64,000 nt of DNA from an uncultured Eggerthella sp. (GCA_900542525.1 UQNZ01000003.1:48440-112439); one strand, 5' to 3'. Shown: positions 42,500 through 53,474, counted from the stretch's first letter. Translations and numbers: made by a program. The notes: generated by a model from the sequence alone, not told the origin.

Positions 42500-42689
42500 T
42501 TAACCAAATGTTCAAAAGATGGAAAAGTCTGAGCTATCGAGCTTTAACATGCATGTAACAATGCAGCGGTTCAACGAAACGAACGTGCAGGCGAATGGAT
42601 ATGAATTAAGACGGTGAATCCACAAGCCTTGATTCGAGCCCGATCCGCTGCCTTAATCCGCTGCCTTACAAAGCTTTTTGTGTACGCTT

Positions 42690-44408
42690 TTACATAACTG
42701 CTGGTGCAGAAACACCGAGCAAGCCAAGCGTCTGTGCAAGGTTGATGCGTGCAGCATCCACAAGCGCCAGGCGCGCCTTAGTAAGCGCTGCCTCTTCGCC
42801 AAGCACACGACAATTGGTGTAGAACGAATGGAAGAGACCAGCAAGATCTTGCGCATAGTGCGTAAGTCTGAACGGCGCACGGTCGCGCGCAGCACCCGCC
42901 ACCAGATCGGTGAAGCCATCGATAGCCTTCATGAGCGCAAGCTCTGATTCATGGGTGAGCAGCTCGAGCTTCGCATCATCCAAGTTGAGCTTCGCAGCCA
43001 ATTCATCAGGTGAAAGCGCTTCCCAATCTTCGATGCCTGCTTCTGCTGCGGCCTTGCGCAAGATCGAGCAGATGCGCGCATGAGCATACTGCACGTAATA
43101 GACCGGGTTCGTGGCATCTTGCTTCTTTGCAACCTCGATATCGAAGTCGATCGGCTGATCGGAAGAACGTGAGAGCATGAGGTAGCGCGTTGCATCCACG
43201 CCCACCTCATCGATGAGCTCACGGAACGTGATCATCTCACCCGTGCGCTTGGACATACGAACGGCCGCGCCATCGCGATAGAGATTCACGAGCTGGCCCA
43301 GCACCACCTCAAGGTCGTTCGGATAGCCCCATGCTGCCATCATCGCTTGGCATCGCGGGATATAGCCATGGTGATCCGCGCCCCAAATATCGATCAAAAG
43401 ATCGTAACCGCGCTGCTTTTTATCGTAGTGATAGGCAACATCGCTCATGAAATAGGTAAGCTCACCGTTCTGCTTGATGAGCACACGGTCCTTTTCGTCG
43501 CCGAATTCGCTCGACTTGAAATACGTTGCGCCATCCTTTTCATAGATGTAGCCGCGCTCCTTCATAGCGTCGAAGGCATGCTGTACTTTCGTCTTGCCGT
43601 CTTCACCGGGAATGAAGAGTGAATGCTCGGAGAAATAGGTATTGAACTGGGTACCGAAGAGCTCGAGCGTGTCGCGCACCGACTCCATCATGGCTGCATA
43701 GCCACGTTCACGGAACGCCTGCCTGCGTTCATCAGGATCAACGAAGAGCCATTTATCGCCATCTGCATCGACGATGACCTGCGCAAGATCTTTCACGTAC
43801 GCGCCGCCATAGGATTGCTCGGGCATCTCGACCTCTTCGCCCAGCAACTGCTGATAGCGAACCACGAGAGAATCAGCGAAGACATTCATCTGGTTGCCTT
43901 CGTCGTTCACATAGAATTCTTCATCAACCGCATAACCCGCATGACGCATGACGCGCGCCATCGAATCGCCGAGCGCCGCCCAACGACCATGACCCACATG
44001 CATAGGACCAGTGGGATTCGCAGAAACATACTCAAGATTCACCTTGCAAGGAACAGCGAGCTGGGACTTGCCGTATTCTTCTCCAAGGCTGCGCACCTCA
44101 CGAACCACCTCTTGGAAGGAAGAGGGTTCGAGCGTGAAGTTGATGAAGCCAGGACCAGCAATATCCACGCTTTTGATGATGGCATTTTCAGGAAGATGAT
44201 CGACGATGATCTGCGCAATTTCGCGCGGGTTCTTGTGAGCAACTTTCGCAAGACGCATGGCGATCGTGCAAGCCCAGTCTCCATGTGCTTCTTCACGCGG
44301 ACGCTCAAGGCTTGGCTCAGGCACTGTTTCAAGCGCAAGGCTACCATCGTTCACGCACGCCGCAAGCGCACTGCTCACGACCTCTTCCAAAAATTCACGA
44401 ACCGTCAT
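42690..44408 (-). CDS. argS: Arginine--tRNA ligase
   Basis: Class I HIGH-like motif (PTGPMHVGH) and the DALR anticodon-binding C-terminal domain. Confidence 0.9.
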   Translation of the reverse strand: MTVREFLEEVVSSALAACVNDGSLALETVPEPSLERPREEAHGDWACTIAMRLAKVAHKNPREIAQIIVDHLPENAIIKSVDIAGPGFINFTLEPSSFQEVVREVRSLGEEYGKSQLAVPCKVNLEYVSANPTGPMHVGHGRWAALGDSMARVMRHAGYAVDEEFYVNDEGNQMNVFADSLVVRYQQLLGEEVEMPEQSYGGAYVKDLAQVIVDADGDKWLFVDPDERRQAFRERGYAAMMESVRDTLELFGTQFNTYFSEHSLFIPGEDGKTKVQHAFDAMKERGYIYEKDGATYFKSSEFGDEKDRVLIKQNGELTYFMSDVAYHYDKKQRGYDLLIDIWGADHHGYIPRCQAMMAAWGYPNDLEVVLGQLVNLYRDGAAVRMSKRTGEMITFRELIDEVGVDATRYLMLSRSSDQPIDFDIEVAKKQDATNPVYYVQYAHARICSILRKAAAEAGIEDWEALSPDELAAKLNLDDAKLELLTHESELALMKAIDGFTDLVAGAARDRAPFRLTHYAQDLAGLFHSFYTNCRVLGEEAALTKARLALVDAARINLAQTLGLLGVSAPAVM

Positions 44409-44494
44409 GCGGATCTTCCCTCTCTCTTTCCTATCGATTCGCCCGCAGGGTCACTTCCCTCTTCAGGCAATAAACTCATGTTGAACAGGACGTT

Positions 44495-45487
44495 TTAGCC
44501 CAGCGTAGCAAGCACGATCGCCTTGATCGAATGCATGCGATTCTCCGCTTCATCGAAGACCTTCGACTGAGCAGACTCGAACACCTCATCGGTCACTTCC
44601 ATTTCAGTAAGGCCAAAACGTGCCTCGATGTCTTGCGCCACCGATGTGTCAGTGTCGTGGAATGCCGGTAGGCAATGTAAGAAGATCGCATTATCAGCAG
44701 CCATAGCCATAACCTTCGCATTCACCTGATAAGGAGAAAGCAGGCGGATGCGTTCTTCCCAGAGACTCGCCGGCTCACCCATCGAGACCCAGATATCGGT
44801 ATAGATGATGTTCGCGCCCGTGCATGCCTCTTCCACATCGGAAGTGAGGCGGATCTCGCAGTTATTCTCTGCGGCGATCGCGCGACAGGTGGCCACCAGC
44901 TCATCGTTAGGCATGCTTTCTGCCGGTCCGCACGCGGTGAAGTTAATGCCCATCTTCGCACTGGCAACCATGAGCGAATTCGCTACGTTGTTCTTCGCAT
45001 CGCCCATGAAGACGAGATTGAGACCTTGGAAATCGCCGAAGTTCTCGCGGATCGTGAGCAGGTCGGCGATCATCTGCGTGGGATGAAATTCGTCGGTAAG
45101 GCCATTCCATACGGGCACGCCTGAATACTCCGCGAGCGTCTCAACGATCTCTTGCCCATAACCGCGATATTCGATGCCATCGAACATGCGTCCGAGCACG
45201 CGCGCGGTGTCCTTGATGGACTCCTTGTTGCCGATCTGAGAACCCGAAGGATCGAGATAGGTAACGCCCATGCCTAGATCGTGGCCTGCTACCTCGAACG
45301 AGCAACGCGTACGCGTAGAGGTCTTCTCGAAGATGAGGACCATGTTCTTGCCTTCAAGATAGCGATGCGGAATGCCTGCATGCTTCTTTTCCTTGAGATC
45401 TTGAGCCAGATCGACCAGCCCAACGATCTCTTCTGAAGTGAAATCGAGCAATTTGAGAAAATGCCTACCTGAAAGCGCGTACGACAT
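44495..45487 (-). CDS. argF: Ornithine carbamoyltransferase
   Basis: STRTR carbamoyl-phosphate motif and HCLP ornithine-binding motif. Confidence 0.85.
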   Translation of the reverse strand: MSYALSGRHFLKLLDFTSEEIVGLVDLAQDLKEKKHAGIPHRYLEGKNMVLIFEKTSTRTRCSFEVAGHDLGMGVTYLDPSGSQIGNKESIKDTARVLGRMFDGIEYRGYGQEIVETLAEYSGVPVWNGLTDEFHPTQMIADLLTIRENFGDFQGLNLVFMGDAKNNVANSLMVASAKMGINFTACGPAESMPNDELVATCRAIAAENNCEIRLTSDVEEACTGANIIYTDIWVSMGEPASLWEERIRLLSPYQVNAKVMAMAADNAIFLHCLPAFHDTDTSVAQDIEARFGLTEMEVTDEVFESAQSKVFDEAENRMHSIKAIVLATLG

Positions 45488-45618
45488 GCATCCTCCTTGA
45501 AGGTTGTTTCAAACGAAAAGATTATTGTATATCTCTTCGCGCTCTTTAGCGCCCGAGGCAGGTGAAGTCTGCGATTTTCTGGGCGAAACGGCGCGTGACC
45601 ACTGAAGACAGTCTCGCA

Positions 45619-47859
45619 CTACCTGAAACGCTTCAGAAGAAGGGAGTTGCAGACAACGGTCACGCTCGAGAGTGCCATTGCAGCGCCTGCAAGTGCAGGA
45701 GCGAGGATACCCACCGCTGCAAGCGGAATCATGATGCAGTTATAAACGAGCGCCCAAAACAGATTCTGCTTGATCTTGCGCATGGTTGCTTTGGACAGGC
45801 GAAGGCTCGTGACCAGGTCATGCAAGCGATTGCGCATGAGCACGACCGAACCTGCCTCGAGTGCGACATCCGTGCCCGACGCCATTGCAACGCCAACATC
45901 TGCAGCTGCAAGCGCTGGCGCATCGTTGATGCCATCCCCCACGAAGGCAACGGTTCTCGCGCTTTGTTTCGAGCTGACGCGTGAATCGGCTGCTTCGAGT
46001 GCCGCCTTCACCGCCTCAACGCATTCTGTTTTCTCAAGCGGCTTGGCCCCCGCGAACACATTATCTGCTGCGACGCCAACCTCAGAAGCGATGCGCGCGG
46101 CCTGCGCAGCGTTATCGCCCGTAACCATATAGCTCGTAATGCCGTAGCTCTGCTTCAGCTCCTCGATCGTCTGCTGAGCGTCTGGTTTAGCTTCATCGGA
46201 AAACTCGAATCCACCCACGCTGGCACCATCAACGAACACCGAAGAGCCGATCTTCACCTGATGTCCCTCAACTTCGCCTTCGACTCCTTCACCGACAAGC
46301 GCTCGGAAGCTGCTTGGTGAAGGAAGCTCAAGCCCACGCGCTTGAGCGTATTCAACGACTGCGCGCGCAAGCGGATGCTCGCTCTTCGTTTCAAGCGCAG
46401 CAGCAAGACGAAGATTTTCGGGCGTGAGCGAGCACGAAACCACCTGGGGCTTCCCTATCGTGATCGTGCCAGTCTTGTCGAACACCGCTGCTTCGAGCTT
46501 CCCTAATCGTTCGAGCACTTCGCCGTCTTTGATAAGAATGCCAAGCTGAGCGCCTTTTCCCATGCCCACCATGAGCGCAGTTGGCGTTGCCAGACCGAGC
46601 GCACAGGGGCATGCAACAACGATGACCGCGATAGCCGGCAGGAGAGACTGTGTGAGCAGTGCGTTTGCGCCCGTAGGCGGAACAAAGAAGAACCAAATGC
46701 AGAACGTGATGAGCGAGACGCCTAAGATGCACGGCACGAAGACTGACGCGATCTTATCCGCCAAGCGCTGCACCGGAGCCTTCGATCCCTGCGCATCTTC
46801 AACGGCACGAACGATGCGCGCAAGCGTCAAATCGCTTCCCACACGCAGCGCACGCACAGTAATGGCTCCTGTTGTATTCACCGTGCCACCCGTAACGCTG
46901 TCGCCTGGCTGCTTCATCACCGGCAGCGCTTCGCCGGTGAGCATGGATTCATCGATCTCGGTCGATCCTTCGATCACTTCCCCATCGACTGCCACCTTTT
47001 CGCCTGGTCCAACGAGCACGCTATCACCCACTACCACCTGAGCAAGCGGAATCTCAACCACCGCACCGCCACGCTGCACCTGCGCCGTCGGCGGCGTAAG
47101 GTTGATGAGTGCCTCGATCGCCTGATTGGTCGCCCCCTTCGCGCGCGTCTCTAATATCTTTCCGAGCAGAACGAACGTGATGAGCATCGCACAGGTTTCG
47201 AAATAGGGCATGCCTTCATTGATAGCGAGGGCGACTTCAGCATCGCTCCAGTTGTTCGTGATAACGGGCAAGAACGTGATCCAGAGCGAAAAGACGAATG
47301 CGATCGTGGTACCAAGCGCAACGAGCACATCCATATTCGCACTTCTACTGCGCAGAGAATCGAATGCGCCTTTATAGAAACGCAATCCACAGCCGAACTG
47401 AACAGGCATCGTAAGAATAAGAAGCAAGATATTACCAGCGAACATCGCTTGCACATGCGTTACTGCACTGCCAAAGAAAGCGCTTGCGATGAAGTGACCT
47501 ACCGCCATATGCCAGCCAGGGATCATGCCGATCGAGAAGATGATCACGGTAAGAGCAGCAGACACTACGAACACCTTGAGGTCATGCTTGCGTTCGGCTG
47601 CTTCCTTCGCGCGTCGCTTCTCATCAACCAGCGGCGCATCTTCAGCGATGAGCTCCGCCGTGAAGGGCAGATCGTCGAAGACATTCAGCATATCATCCAC
47701 ACTTGCTTGCGCAGGATCGAACGTCACTCTCCCCGTGTTGTTCGCAAGATTGACCGCGACATCGATGACGCTTGGCAGGGCGCGATAATGCTTCTCGACA
47801 TTAGCTACGCAATTTGCACAATGCATACCATCGATCGCTATTCTTATTGTTTGCTCCAT
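45619..47859 (-). CDS. copA: Copper-translocating P-type ATPase with N-terminal HMA domain
   Basis: HMA metal-binding motif MHCANC, CPC transmembrane motif, DKTGT phosphorylation site, GDGIND. Confidence 0.9.
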   Translation of the reverse strand: MEQTIRIAIDGMHCANCVANVEKHYRALPSVIDVAVNLANNTGRVTFDPAQASVDDMLNVFDDLPFTAELIAEDAPLVDEKRRAKEAAERKHDLKVFVVSAALTVIIFSIGMIPGWHMAVGHFIASAFFGSAVTHVQAMFAGNILLLILTMPVQFGCGLRFYKGAFDSLRSRSANMDVLVALGTTIAFVFSLWITFLPVITNNWSDAEVALAINEGMPYFETCAMLITFVLLGKILETRAKGATNQAIEALINLTPPTAQVQRGGAVVEIPLAQVVVGDSVLVGPGEKVAVDGEVIEGSTEIDESMLTGEALPVMKQPGDSVTGGTVNTTGAITVRALRVGSDLTLARIVRAVEDAQGSKAPVQRLADKIASVFVPCILGVSLITFCIWFFFVPPTGANALLTQSLLPAIAVIVVACPCALGLATPTALMVGMGKGAQLGILIKDGEVLERLGKLEAAVFDKTGTITIGKPQVVSCSLTPENLRLAAALETKSEHPLARAVVEYAQARGLELPSPSSFRALVGEGVEGEVEGHQVKIGSSVFVDGASVGGFEFSDEAKPDAQQTIEELKQSYGITSYMVTGDNAAQAARIASEVGVAADNVFAGAKPLEKTECVEAVKAALEAADSRVSSKQSARTVAFVGDGINDAPALAAADVGVAMASGTDVALEAGSVVLMRNRLHDLVTSLRLSKATMRKIKQNLFWALVYNCIMIPLAAVGILAPALAGAAMALSSVTVVCNSLLLKRFR

Positions 47860-47895
47860 ACGATTCCTCTTTACTATGGCTTTATTCTAACAGCT

Positions 47896-47922
47896 TACAT
47901 ATGAACAGATGCTCATATGTTA
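47896..47922. promoter_or_regulatory. Imperfect 9-bp inverted repeat (TACATATGA-N8-TCATATGTT) upstream of copA; candidate metalloregulator operator
   Basis: Palindrome about 40 bp upstream of the copA start, in an AT-rich promoter-like stretch. Confidence 0.35.
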
Positions 47923-48017
47923 TCAGCATTATGGGCAGTGTCAATAAAATGAAGTTTACCATGTGAAACATACATAACAAAAAAAAGAGCCTGCTCAAGG
48001 CAGGCAGGGAAATTCTA

Positions 48018-48094
48018 TGGCGCGCCCAGTAGGATTCGAACCTACGACCTTTGGATTAGAAGTCCACTGCTCTATCCAGCTGAGCTATGGGCGC
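48018..48094 (-). tRNA. tRNA-Arg (TCT)
   Basis: Acceptor gcgccca/tgggcgc, anticodon loop ctTCTaa, T-loop GGTTCGAATCC, encoded CCA. Confidence 0.75.
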
Positions 48095-48229
48095 AAAACG
48101 TGATTATTATAGCCCAGGAATTCAACCACGTCTGCTGCAAGCCATACAAGCGCGAAAAAACAACGCGAAACAGGAAAAGGCTCCCCGAAGAGAGCCTTTT
48201 CCTGCTGTATTGAAGTAAAGGAAAGTGTC

Positions 48230-49276
48230 TTAATCAATTTCGACGAGCTTGCCGGTCTCCGCTGATTCAAGGATCGCATTGATAACCTTGAGCGTTGCAA
48301 CGCCGTCTTCACCAGTACAGCGTGGCACCGTTTCTCGTCCGAGACAGAGGTCTGCAAAGTGCTCGATCTCCGCCGTCATTGGGTCGTTCTTCTCGACATC
48401 GAAGTGCTCAGTAACGAGCTTCTCTGCCCAGCCGTAATGATCGTCATCGACATAGTGGTAGAAATCCATGTTCGGGAAACCGAATGAACCCTGCGTGCCG
48501 AAGAAGCGCAGGCTATTCTCACCCGGACACCACTGGAAGAAATGGTTTTCCTCAGCAGCCAAGTCATAGTTCCACGGACCTGGCGTACCATCAGAAATGA
48601 AGTAGGTTGCCGTAACACCATTGTCGAATTCGATGACGATAGAAGCAGAATCTTCAACCTCATTACCGCGAATCGTATTGCGTGCAGCAGCATAAACGCG
48701 CGTGACCTTCATGCCGGTGGTGTAGTTCAAATCATCGATATCGTGAATCGCGTTGATGAGGAACGGGCCACCACCCTTTTTCGTGTGCCATTCCACGTCC
48801 CAATAGTTATAGGGTTTCGCGATAGCGTACGTTGCTTGAATGCCAACCAGATCGCCCAACTTGCCCGAAGCGATGAAATCGCGCAAGAACAGATACTTTG
48901 TGGAAGAACGGCGATGATGACCGATGAGCAACGTGGCATCTGCCTCCTTGCACATCGCAATGATCTCATTTGCCTCTTCAACCGTGTTGGCAATGGGCTT
49001 TTCAAGCAAGATATTACGAACACCTGCATCGAGTGTATTACGGGTCGCGCTCACATGCAAGCCATTCGGCAGCGCGATCGCTACTGCATCGAGCGGTACT
49101 TCATTGAGCAGCTCGGTGTAATCCGCATAAAGCGGTACCTCAAGTTCCGCAGCAACATCTTCAGCTTGCTGACCGAAACCAGCAACCGCCACCAAATCGT
49201 AATCGGGATTCTTCTTCGCATCACGTGCGATCTTCGAACCTTGATTCAATCCGAATACGGCAAATCTAATAGCCAT
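48230..49276 (-). CDS. Gfo/Idh/MocA family NAD(P)-dependent oxidoreductase, copy 1
   Basis: N-terminal Rossmann (IRFAVFGLNQGSKIA), EKP motif and the C-terminal alpha/beta domain. Confidence 0.8.
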   Translation of the reverse strand: MAIRFAVFGLNQGSKIARDAKKNPDYDLVAVAGFGQQAEDVAAELEVPLYADYTELLNEVPLDAVAIALPNGLHVSATRNTLDAGVRNILLEKPIANTVEEANEIIAMCKEADATLLIGHHRRSSTKYLFLRDFIASGKLGDLVGIQATYAIAKPYNYWDVEWHTKKGGGPFLINAIHDIDDLNYTTGMKVTRVYAAARNTIRGNEVEDSASIVIEFDNGVTATYFISDGTPGPWNYDLAAEENHFFQWCPGENSLRFFGTQGSFGFPNMDFYHYVDDDHYGWAEKLVTEHFDVEKNDPMTAEIEHFADLCLGRETVPRCTGEDGVATLKVINAILESAETGKLVEID

Positions 49277-49366
49277 GTTATTACCCCTCCATTTTTCCTT
49301 GCATGTGCAAATCTCTTCTGGCGCTTACCCTCGAACACCATGCGCAAGATTAAGAATAGCGCGTTT

Positions 49367-50302
49367 TTAATCGAAGAACTTATCTTGGACAAGTTTTGTA
49401 GGCATTTCCTTACCTACCCAAATATCTTCAGCAATAGCAGCCTGCCACAAAAGCATACCAAGACCATTGATGGTCTTGAGCCCTTTAGCTTCAGCATCCT
49501 CGAGCAACTTCGTCTTGCGTGGCACATAGATGACATCTGCAACAACAAGACCATCCACCAGGAATTCAGCAGGAACTACGCTTTGTCCTTCCAAATCACC
49601 CATGCCAACATTGGTTGCATTGATAAGGAGCACAGATTCAGCGATAGAGGCTTTCATCGCTTCTTTATCATCTATATCGATAAGACGCATAGCGCACCCC
49701 GTCTTATCAGCAATACCTGCGATATGCTCGGCAGCAGCATCAAAAGAATCATTCTTTCGCTTATAGACATCGATCGCAGCAACGCCATCGAGAGCCGCCT
49801 GCGTATAGATCGCCATAGCCGCGCCACCTGCGCCCATTATGGTGATCTTCTTGCCAACAACATCAACACCGTTCTCTTTGACATTACGCATGAAGCCCGC
49901 ACCATCGGTATTATGGCCAATAGCCTTACCGTCTTTGATGGCGACGGTATTAATGGCACCCATCAGCTCAGCAGCTGGAGAGACTTCGTCCAAATAGCGT
50001 GAAACAACTCTCTTATGCGGCATCGTGACGTTATACCCAAGGAAGCCAAGCTCCTTCATGCCGTTCGCAGCGGCTTCAAGTTGTTCGGGTTCGACATTAT
50101 AAGCAAGATAGACGCAATCGACACCGAGCTGCTCAAAGGAAAACGTATGCATAGCTGGTGAAAGCGAGTGCTCCACCGGTGAGCCGATCAGGCAGATTGT
50201 TTTCGTGCAACCAGAGATATTAGGCATAGCAGATCCTTTACTTCTATTGAGATATTGCAATAATGCAGTTCCACAATATCCAATATTCTCTACAAATAGC
50301 AA
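49367..50302 (-). CDS. Shikimate/quinate 5-dehydrogenase-like (AroE family), copy 1
   Basis: AroE substrate-domain motifs (LIGSPVEHSLSPAMH, NVTMPHK) and an NAD(P) Rossmann (GAGGAA). The start is probably at about 50227. Confidence 0.75.
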   Translation of the reverse strand: MLFVENIGYCGTALLQYLNRSKGSAMPNISGCTKTICLIGSPVEHSLSPAMHTFSFEQLGVDCVYLAYNVEPEQLEAAANGMKELGFLGYNVTMPHKRVVSRYLDEVSPAAELMGAINTVAIKDGKAIGHNTDGAGFMRNVKENGVDVVGKKITIMGAGGAAMAIYTQAALDGVAAIDVYKRKNDSFDAAAEHIAGIADKTGCAMRLIDIDDKEAMKASIAESVLLINATNVGMGDLEGQSVVPAEFLVDGLVVADVIYVPRKTKLLEDAEAKGLKTINGLGMLLWQAAIAEDIWVGKEMPTKLVQDKFFD

Positions 50303-50490
50303 GTTGCTTACCTACTATTTTTACCATGAAATAGAGATATGCAATAGAAGTGTTTGCCTTAATGTTGCTTTGTCTTAAGAAAACAATATTCAATTCAAAG
50401 AGTGGCTGAGGCATACCATATGATGCTTTTTACCACGGCGAAAGGCAAATGCCATTGTTCTTTTTTCTAAGTTGCTTTCTTTCCCCCCCA

Positions 50491-51408
50491 TTATTTCTGC
50501 AAAGGACGTACTGTTGCGGTTGGAAAATGGTAGTTTTTCATATAGGTAACAAAATCTGATACAACTCTTGGCTGTGTAATAGATTTATTAGAGATCAGAT
50601 AAACTTTATGAAACTCTCTAGGAGCATCTCGAAGAGGCAGATAAACAACATCGTCAAAAGCCTTGACTAAAAACGAATAGCACAATAATGCAACATCATT
50701 GGTGTCTGAGTTTACTAGAGAAGACAAAGTGATTTCATCGTTATAAGAGTATTCGACATCCAATTCGCATTCTGCCTGCTGAAGCAATTCTTTCATTTCA
50801 TCGTATACAGGTGATTCATCATGGTATGAAATGATATGAAACTCAGCTAAGTCAGCAAGCGATACAACCGATTTTTTCGCAAGAGGATGCTTCTTGTTAA
50901 CCGCAACTGCTAACTCTTGCGCCCAGCAATAGGTACAGTTGTATTTATTCGAAGTTTGAGGCTTTCCTGCGAAGATGACATCCAATTTTCCCGACTCTAG
51001 TCCCTCAAATAAAGAAGGGGTGAAACCTTGAGTTATGTTGATCGTCAGACCAGCTCCACATTCATCTTGAAAGGACTGTATCGCCTGCGACCAATCTTTA
51101 CTCTGCATCGCGTAAAGCGTGCCGAGGTTCAAGGTTCCATTTATCTTCCCTTCATATTCTTCAACAGCTTGAACTCCTTGCTCGATGATTCGCAATCCTC
51201 GAGAAACGTAATCATAGAATTCCTCTCCGCACGGTGTTAGCTCTATCTTATTGTTCGCACGATAAAACAAACGTGTATTTAATTCCTTTTCGAGCGAAGA
51301 AATAGCAGCAGAAAGCGTTGGTTGCGAAACGTAAAGCTCTGAGGCAGCTTTCGTGAAATGCTTCACTTCTGCAAGCTTTTTGAAATATGTTAGATGAGAA
51401 AAATTCAC
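50491..51408 (-). CDS. LysR family transcriptional regulator (AT-rich, likely horizontally acquired)
   Basis: LysR HTH (HFTKAASELYVSQPTLSAAIS) plus a substrate-binding domain. By eye about 40% GC versus above 55% in flanking core genes. Confidence 0.8.
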   Translation of the reverse strand: MNFSHLTYFKKLAEVKHFTKAASELYVSQPTLSAAISSLEKELNTRLFYRANNKIELTPCGEEFYDYVSRGLRIIEQGVQAVEEYEGKINGTLNLGTLYAMQSKDWSQAIQSFQDECGAGLTINITQGFTPSLFEGLESGKLDVIFAGKPQTSNKYNCTYCWAQELAVAVNKKHPLAKKSVVSLADLAEFHIISYHDESPVYDEMKELLQQAECELDVEYSYNDEITLSSLVNSDTNDVALLCYSFLVKAFDDVVYLPLRDAPREFHKVYLISNKSITQPRVVSDFVTYMKNYHFPTATVRPLQK

Positions 51409-51466
51409 TCACTGAGCTTTCTACTTAACATTGATCCGAAAAAGATCTGCCAAATAAAATCATAGC

Positions 51467-52549
51467 TTATTTGATATCAATAACTTTACATGTCTCTGCT
51501 GATTCAAGAATGGCGTTGATAACTTTGAGCGTTGCAATGCCGTCTTCACCAGTGCAACGAGGTTTAGTCTCGCGCCCCGTACACAGATCGGCAAAATGCA
51601 CGAGCTCAGCTGTCATGGGATCATTTCTTTCGATCTCGTAATGTTCGACGATCAGCTCTTCTCCCCAACCATAATGATCATCATCAGCGTAATGATAGAA
51701 GTCCATGTTCGGGAATCCGAGTGAGCCTTTTGTGCCGAAGAAACGAAGACTATTCTCGCCTGGACACCACTTGAAGAAATGATTCTCTTCTGCAGCCAAA
51801 TCGTAGTTCCAAGGACCAGGAGTGCCATCGGAAATGAAATAGGTAGCCGTGATACCGTTTTCGAATTCAATAACGATTGAAGCCGAATCTTCGATCTCGT
51901 TACCACGGATCGCGTTACGCGCTGCCGCATAGACACGGTTAGCCTTCATGCCAGTGGTGTAATTTAGGTCATCGATATCGTGAATCGCGTTGATGAGGAA
52001 CGGGCCACCACCTTTCTTGGTATGCCACTCAACATCATAATAAGCATACGGTTTCGCGATCGCATAAGAAGCCTGCACGCCAACCAGGTCACCAAGCTTG
52101 CCCGATTCGATAAAATCACGCAAGAAAAGATACTTTGACGAGGAACGGCGATGATGACCAATGAGCAGCATCGCACCTGCTTCGTTGCACATATCGATGA
52201 TCTCTTGTGCTTCTTCGACCGTATTAGCAATAGGCTTCTCTAGTAGGATGTTCTTAACCCCCGCATCCAAACATGCACGTGTTGAGCTTACATGAAGCCC
52301 ATTTGGAAGTGCGATCGCAACTGCATCAAGCGGGATCTCTTTTAAAAGATCATTAAAATCTGCATAGAGCGGCACCTCAAGCTCTGCTGAAACGTCTTCA
52401 GCTTGCTGACCAAAACCTGCAACTGCTACCAGGTCGAACTCTTCACTTGCCTTTGCATCTCGAGCTATCTTCGACCCTTGATTGAGCCCAAAAACTGCTA
52501 GCCTGATTGCCATGATAAATCCCTTTCTTTGTACCCCTTGGCAAATCAA
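51467..52549 (-). CDS. Gfo/Idh/MocA family NAD(P)-dependent oxidoreductase, copy 2
   Basis: About 85% amino-acid identity to the 48230-49276 product by eye, with the same motifs. The start is probably MAIRLAVFG at about 52513. Confidence 0.8.
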   Translation of the reverse strand: MICQGVQRKGFIMAIRLAVFGLNQGSKIARDAKASEEFDLVAVAGFGQQAEDVSAELEVPLYADFNDLLKEIPLDAVAIALPNGLHVSSTRACLDAGVKNILLEKPIANTVEEAQEIIDMCNEAGAMLLIGHHRRSSSKYLFLRDFIESGKLGDLVGVQASYAIAKPYAYYDVEWHTKKGGGPFLINAIHDIDDLNYTTGMKANRVYAAARNAIRGNEIEDSASIVIEFENGITATYFISDGTPGPWNYDLAAEENHFFKWCPGENSLRFFGTKGSLGFPNMDFYHYADDDHYGWGEELIVEHYEIERNDPMTAELVHFADLCTGRETKPRCTGEDGIATLKVINAILESAETCKVIDIK

Positions 52550-52616
52550 TGCAAGGGAAGATTCTGAACAGATAAGCCATCGAGGTCCTCTTTGAAGGAA
52601 CCTGTGACCGCAACCC

Positions 52617-53474
52617 TTAGTTGAAGAATTTCTCTTCTATGAGTTTCGTGGGCATCTCCTTACCTACCCAAATGTCTTCAGCGATCGCAGCTTGCCAGAG
52701 AAGCATACCTAGACCCGAAATTGCTTTAAGCCCCTTTGCTTCGGCATCCTGCAAAAGCTTGGTCTTGCGTGGCTCGTAAACCGTATCAGCTACTGCGATA
52801 CCATCGACAAGATAGTCTGGCAAAATAACACTCTGATCAGCTAAATCTCCCATGCCCACGCGTGTTGCATTAACGAATAATGCTGATTCAGCAATAGACT
52901 TCTTGAGTGATTCTTTGTCTTCAAGATCGATAAGGCGCATTCTGCAACCTGTCTTTTCGGCAACTTCCGCCACGCGTTCAGCAGTCACATCAAAGAACTT
53001 ATCCTTGATGTTGTAGATATCGATCGCCTCAACACCATCAAGTGCCGCTTGAGTATATATAGCCGAGCCAGCACCACCTGCGCCGACAATCGTAATCTTC
53101 TTTCCGATAACATCGACTCCGTTTTCTTTGAGATTTCTCATGAAGCCAGCCCCATCCGTATTATGACCAATGGCTTTTCCTTGCTTGATAGCAACCGTAT
53201 TTACAGCGCCCATCAATTCTGCTGCATCGGATAATTCGTCAAGATATTTCGGAATGAATGTTTTATGAGGCATAGTAACGTTATACCCTGCAAACCCCAT
53301 CTTCTTCATGCCTACAGCAGCAGACTCTAGGTCTTGTGGTTCAATATCGTATGCAAGATAAACACAATCTACGCCCAACTCATTGAACGATTGAGTATGC
53401 ATAGCTGGTGATAAAGAATGCTCAACTGGGGAACCGATTAATGCGATAGTTTGTGTATGACCCGATACTTGCAT
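52617..53474 (-). CDS. Shikimate/quinate 5-dehydrogenase-like (AroE family), copy 2
   Basis: High identity to the 49367-50302 product (IALIGSPVEHSLSPAMH, NVTMPHK). Confidence 0.75.
   Translation of the reverse strand: MQVSGHTQTIALIGSPVEHSLSPAMHTQSFNELGVDCVYLAYDIEPQDLESAAVGMKKMGFAGYNVTMPHKTFIPKYLDELSDAAELMGAVNTVAIKQGKAIGHNTDGAGFMRNLKENGVDVIGKKITIVGAGGAGSAIYTQAALDGVEAIDIYNIKDKFFDVTAERVAEVAEKTGCRMRLIDLEDKESLKKSIAESALFVNATRVGMGDLADQSVILPDYLVDGIAVADTVYEPRKTKLLQDAEAKGLKAISGLGMLLWQAAIAEDIWVGKEMPTKLIEEKFFN

Noticed and set aside
42645-42668. Tandem direct repeat ccgctgcctta-at-ccgctgcctta downstream of argS
   Set aside because: Only two 11-bp units with no spacer structure. Not a CRISPR array or a satellite. 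It is probably chance, or part of the gdhA promoter or argS terminator region.
44409-44494. T-box leader upstream of argS (and of metG at 12800-12862)
   Set aside because: The intergenic spaces are only about 86 and 63 bp, far too short for a T-box (over 200 nt). No specifier or T-box sequence is visible.
48085-48357. 90-aa ORF overlapping tRNA-Arg, and 68-aa ORF 53691-53897 overlapping tRNA-Pro/Gly
   Set aside because: They sit on top of well-formed tRNA genes and terminators. These are spurious translations of structured RNA sequence.
50483-50489. Homopolymeric C7 tract next to the AT-rich LysR gene
   Set aside because: It lies just 3' of the LysR stop codon, outside coding sequence and not in a promoter spacer for any gene, so it is unlikely to be a phase-variation switch.
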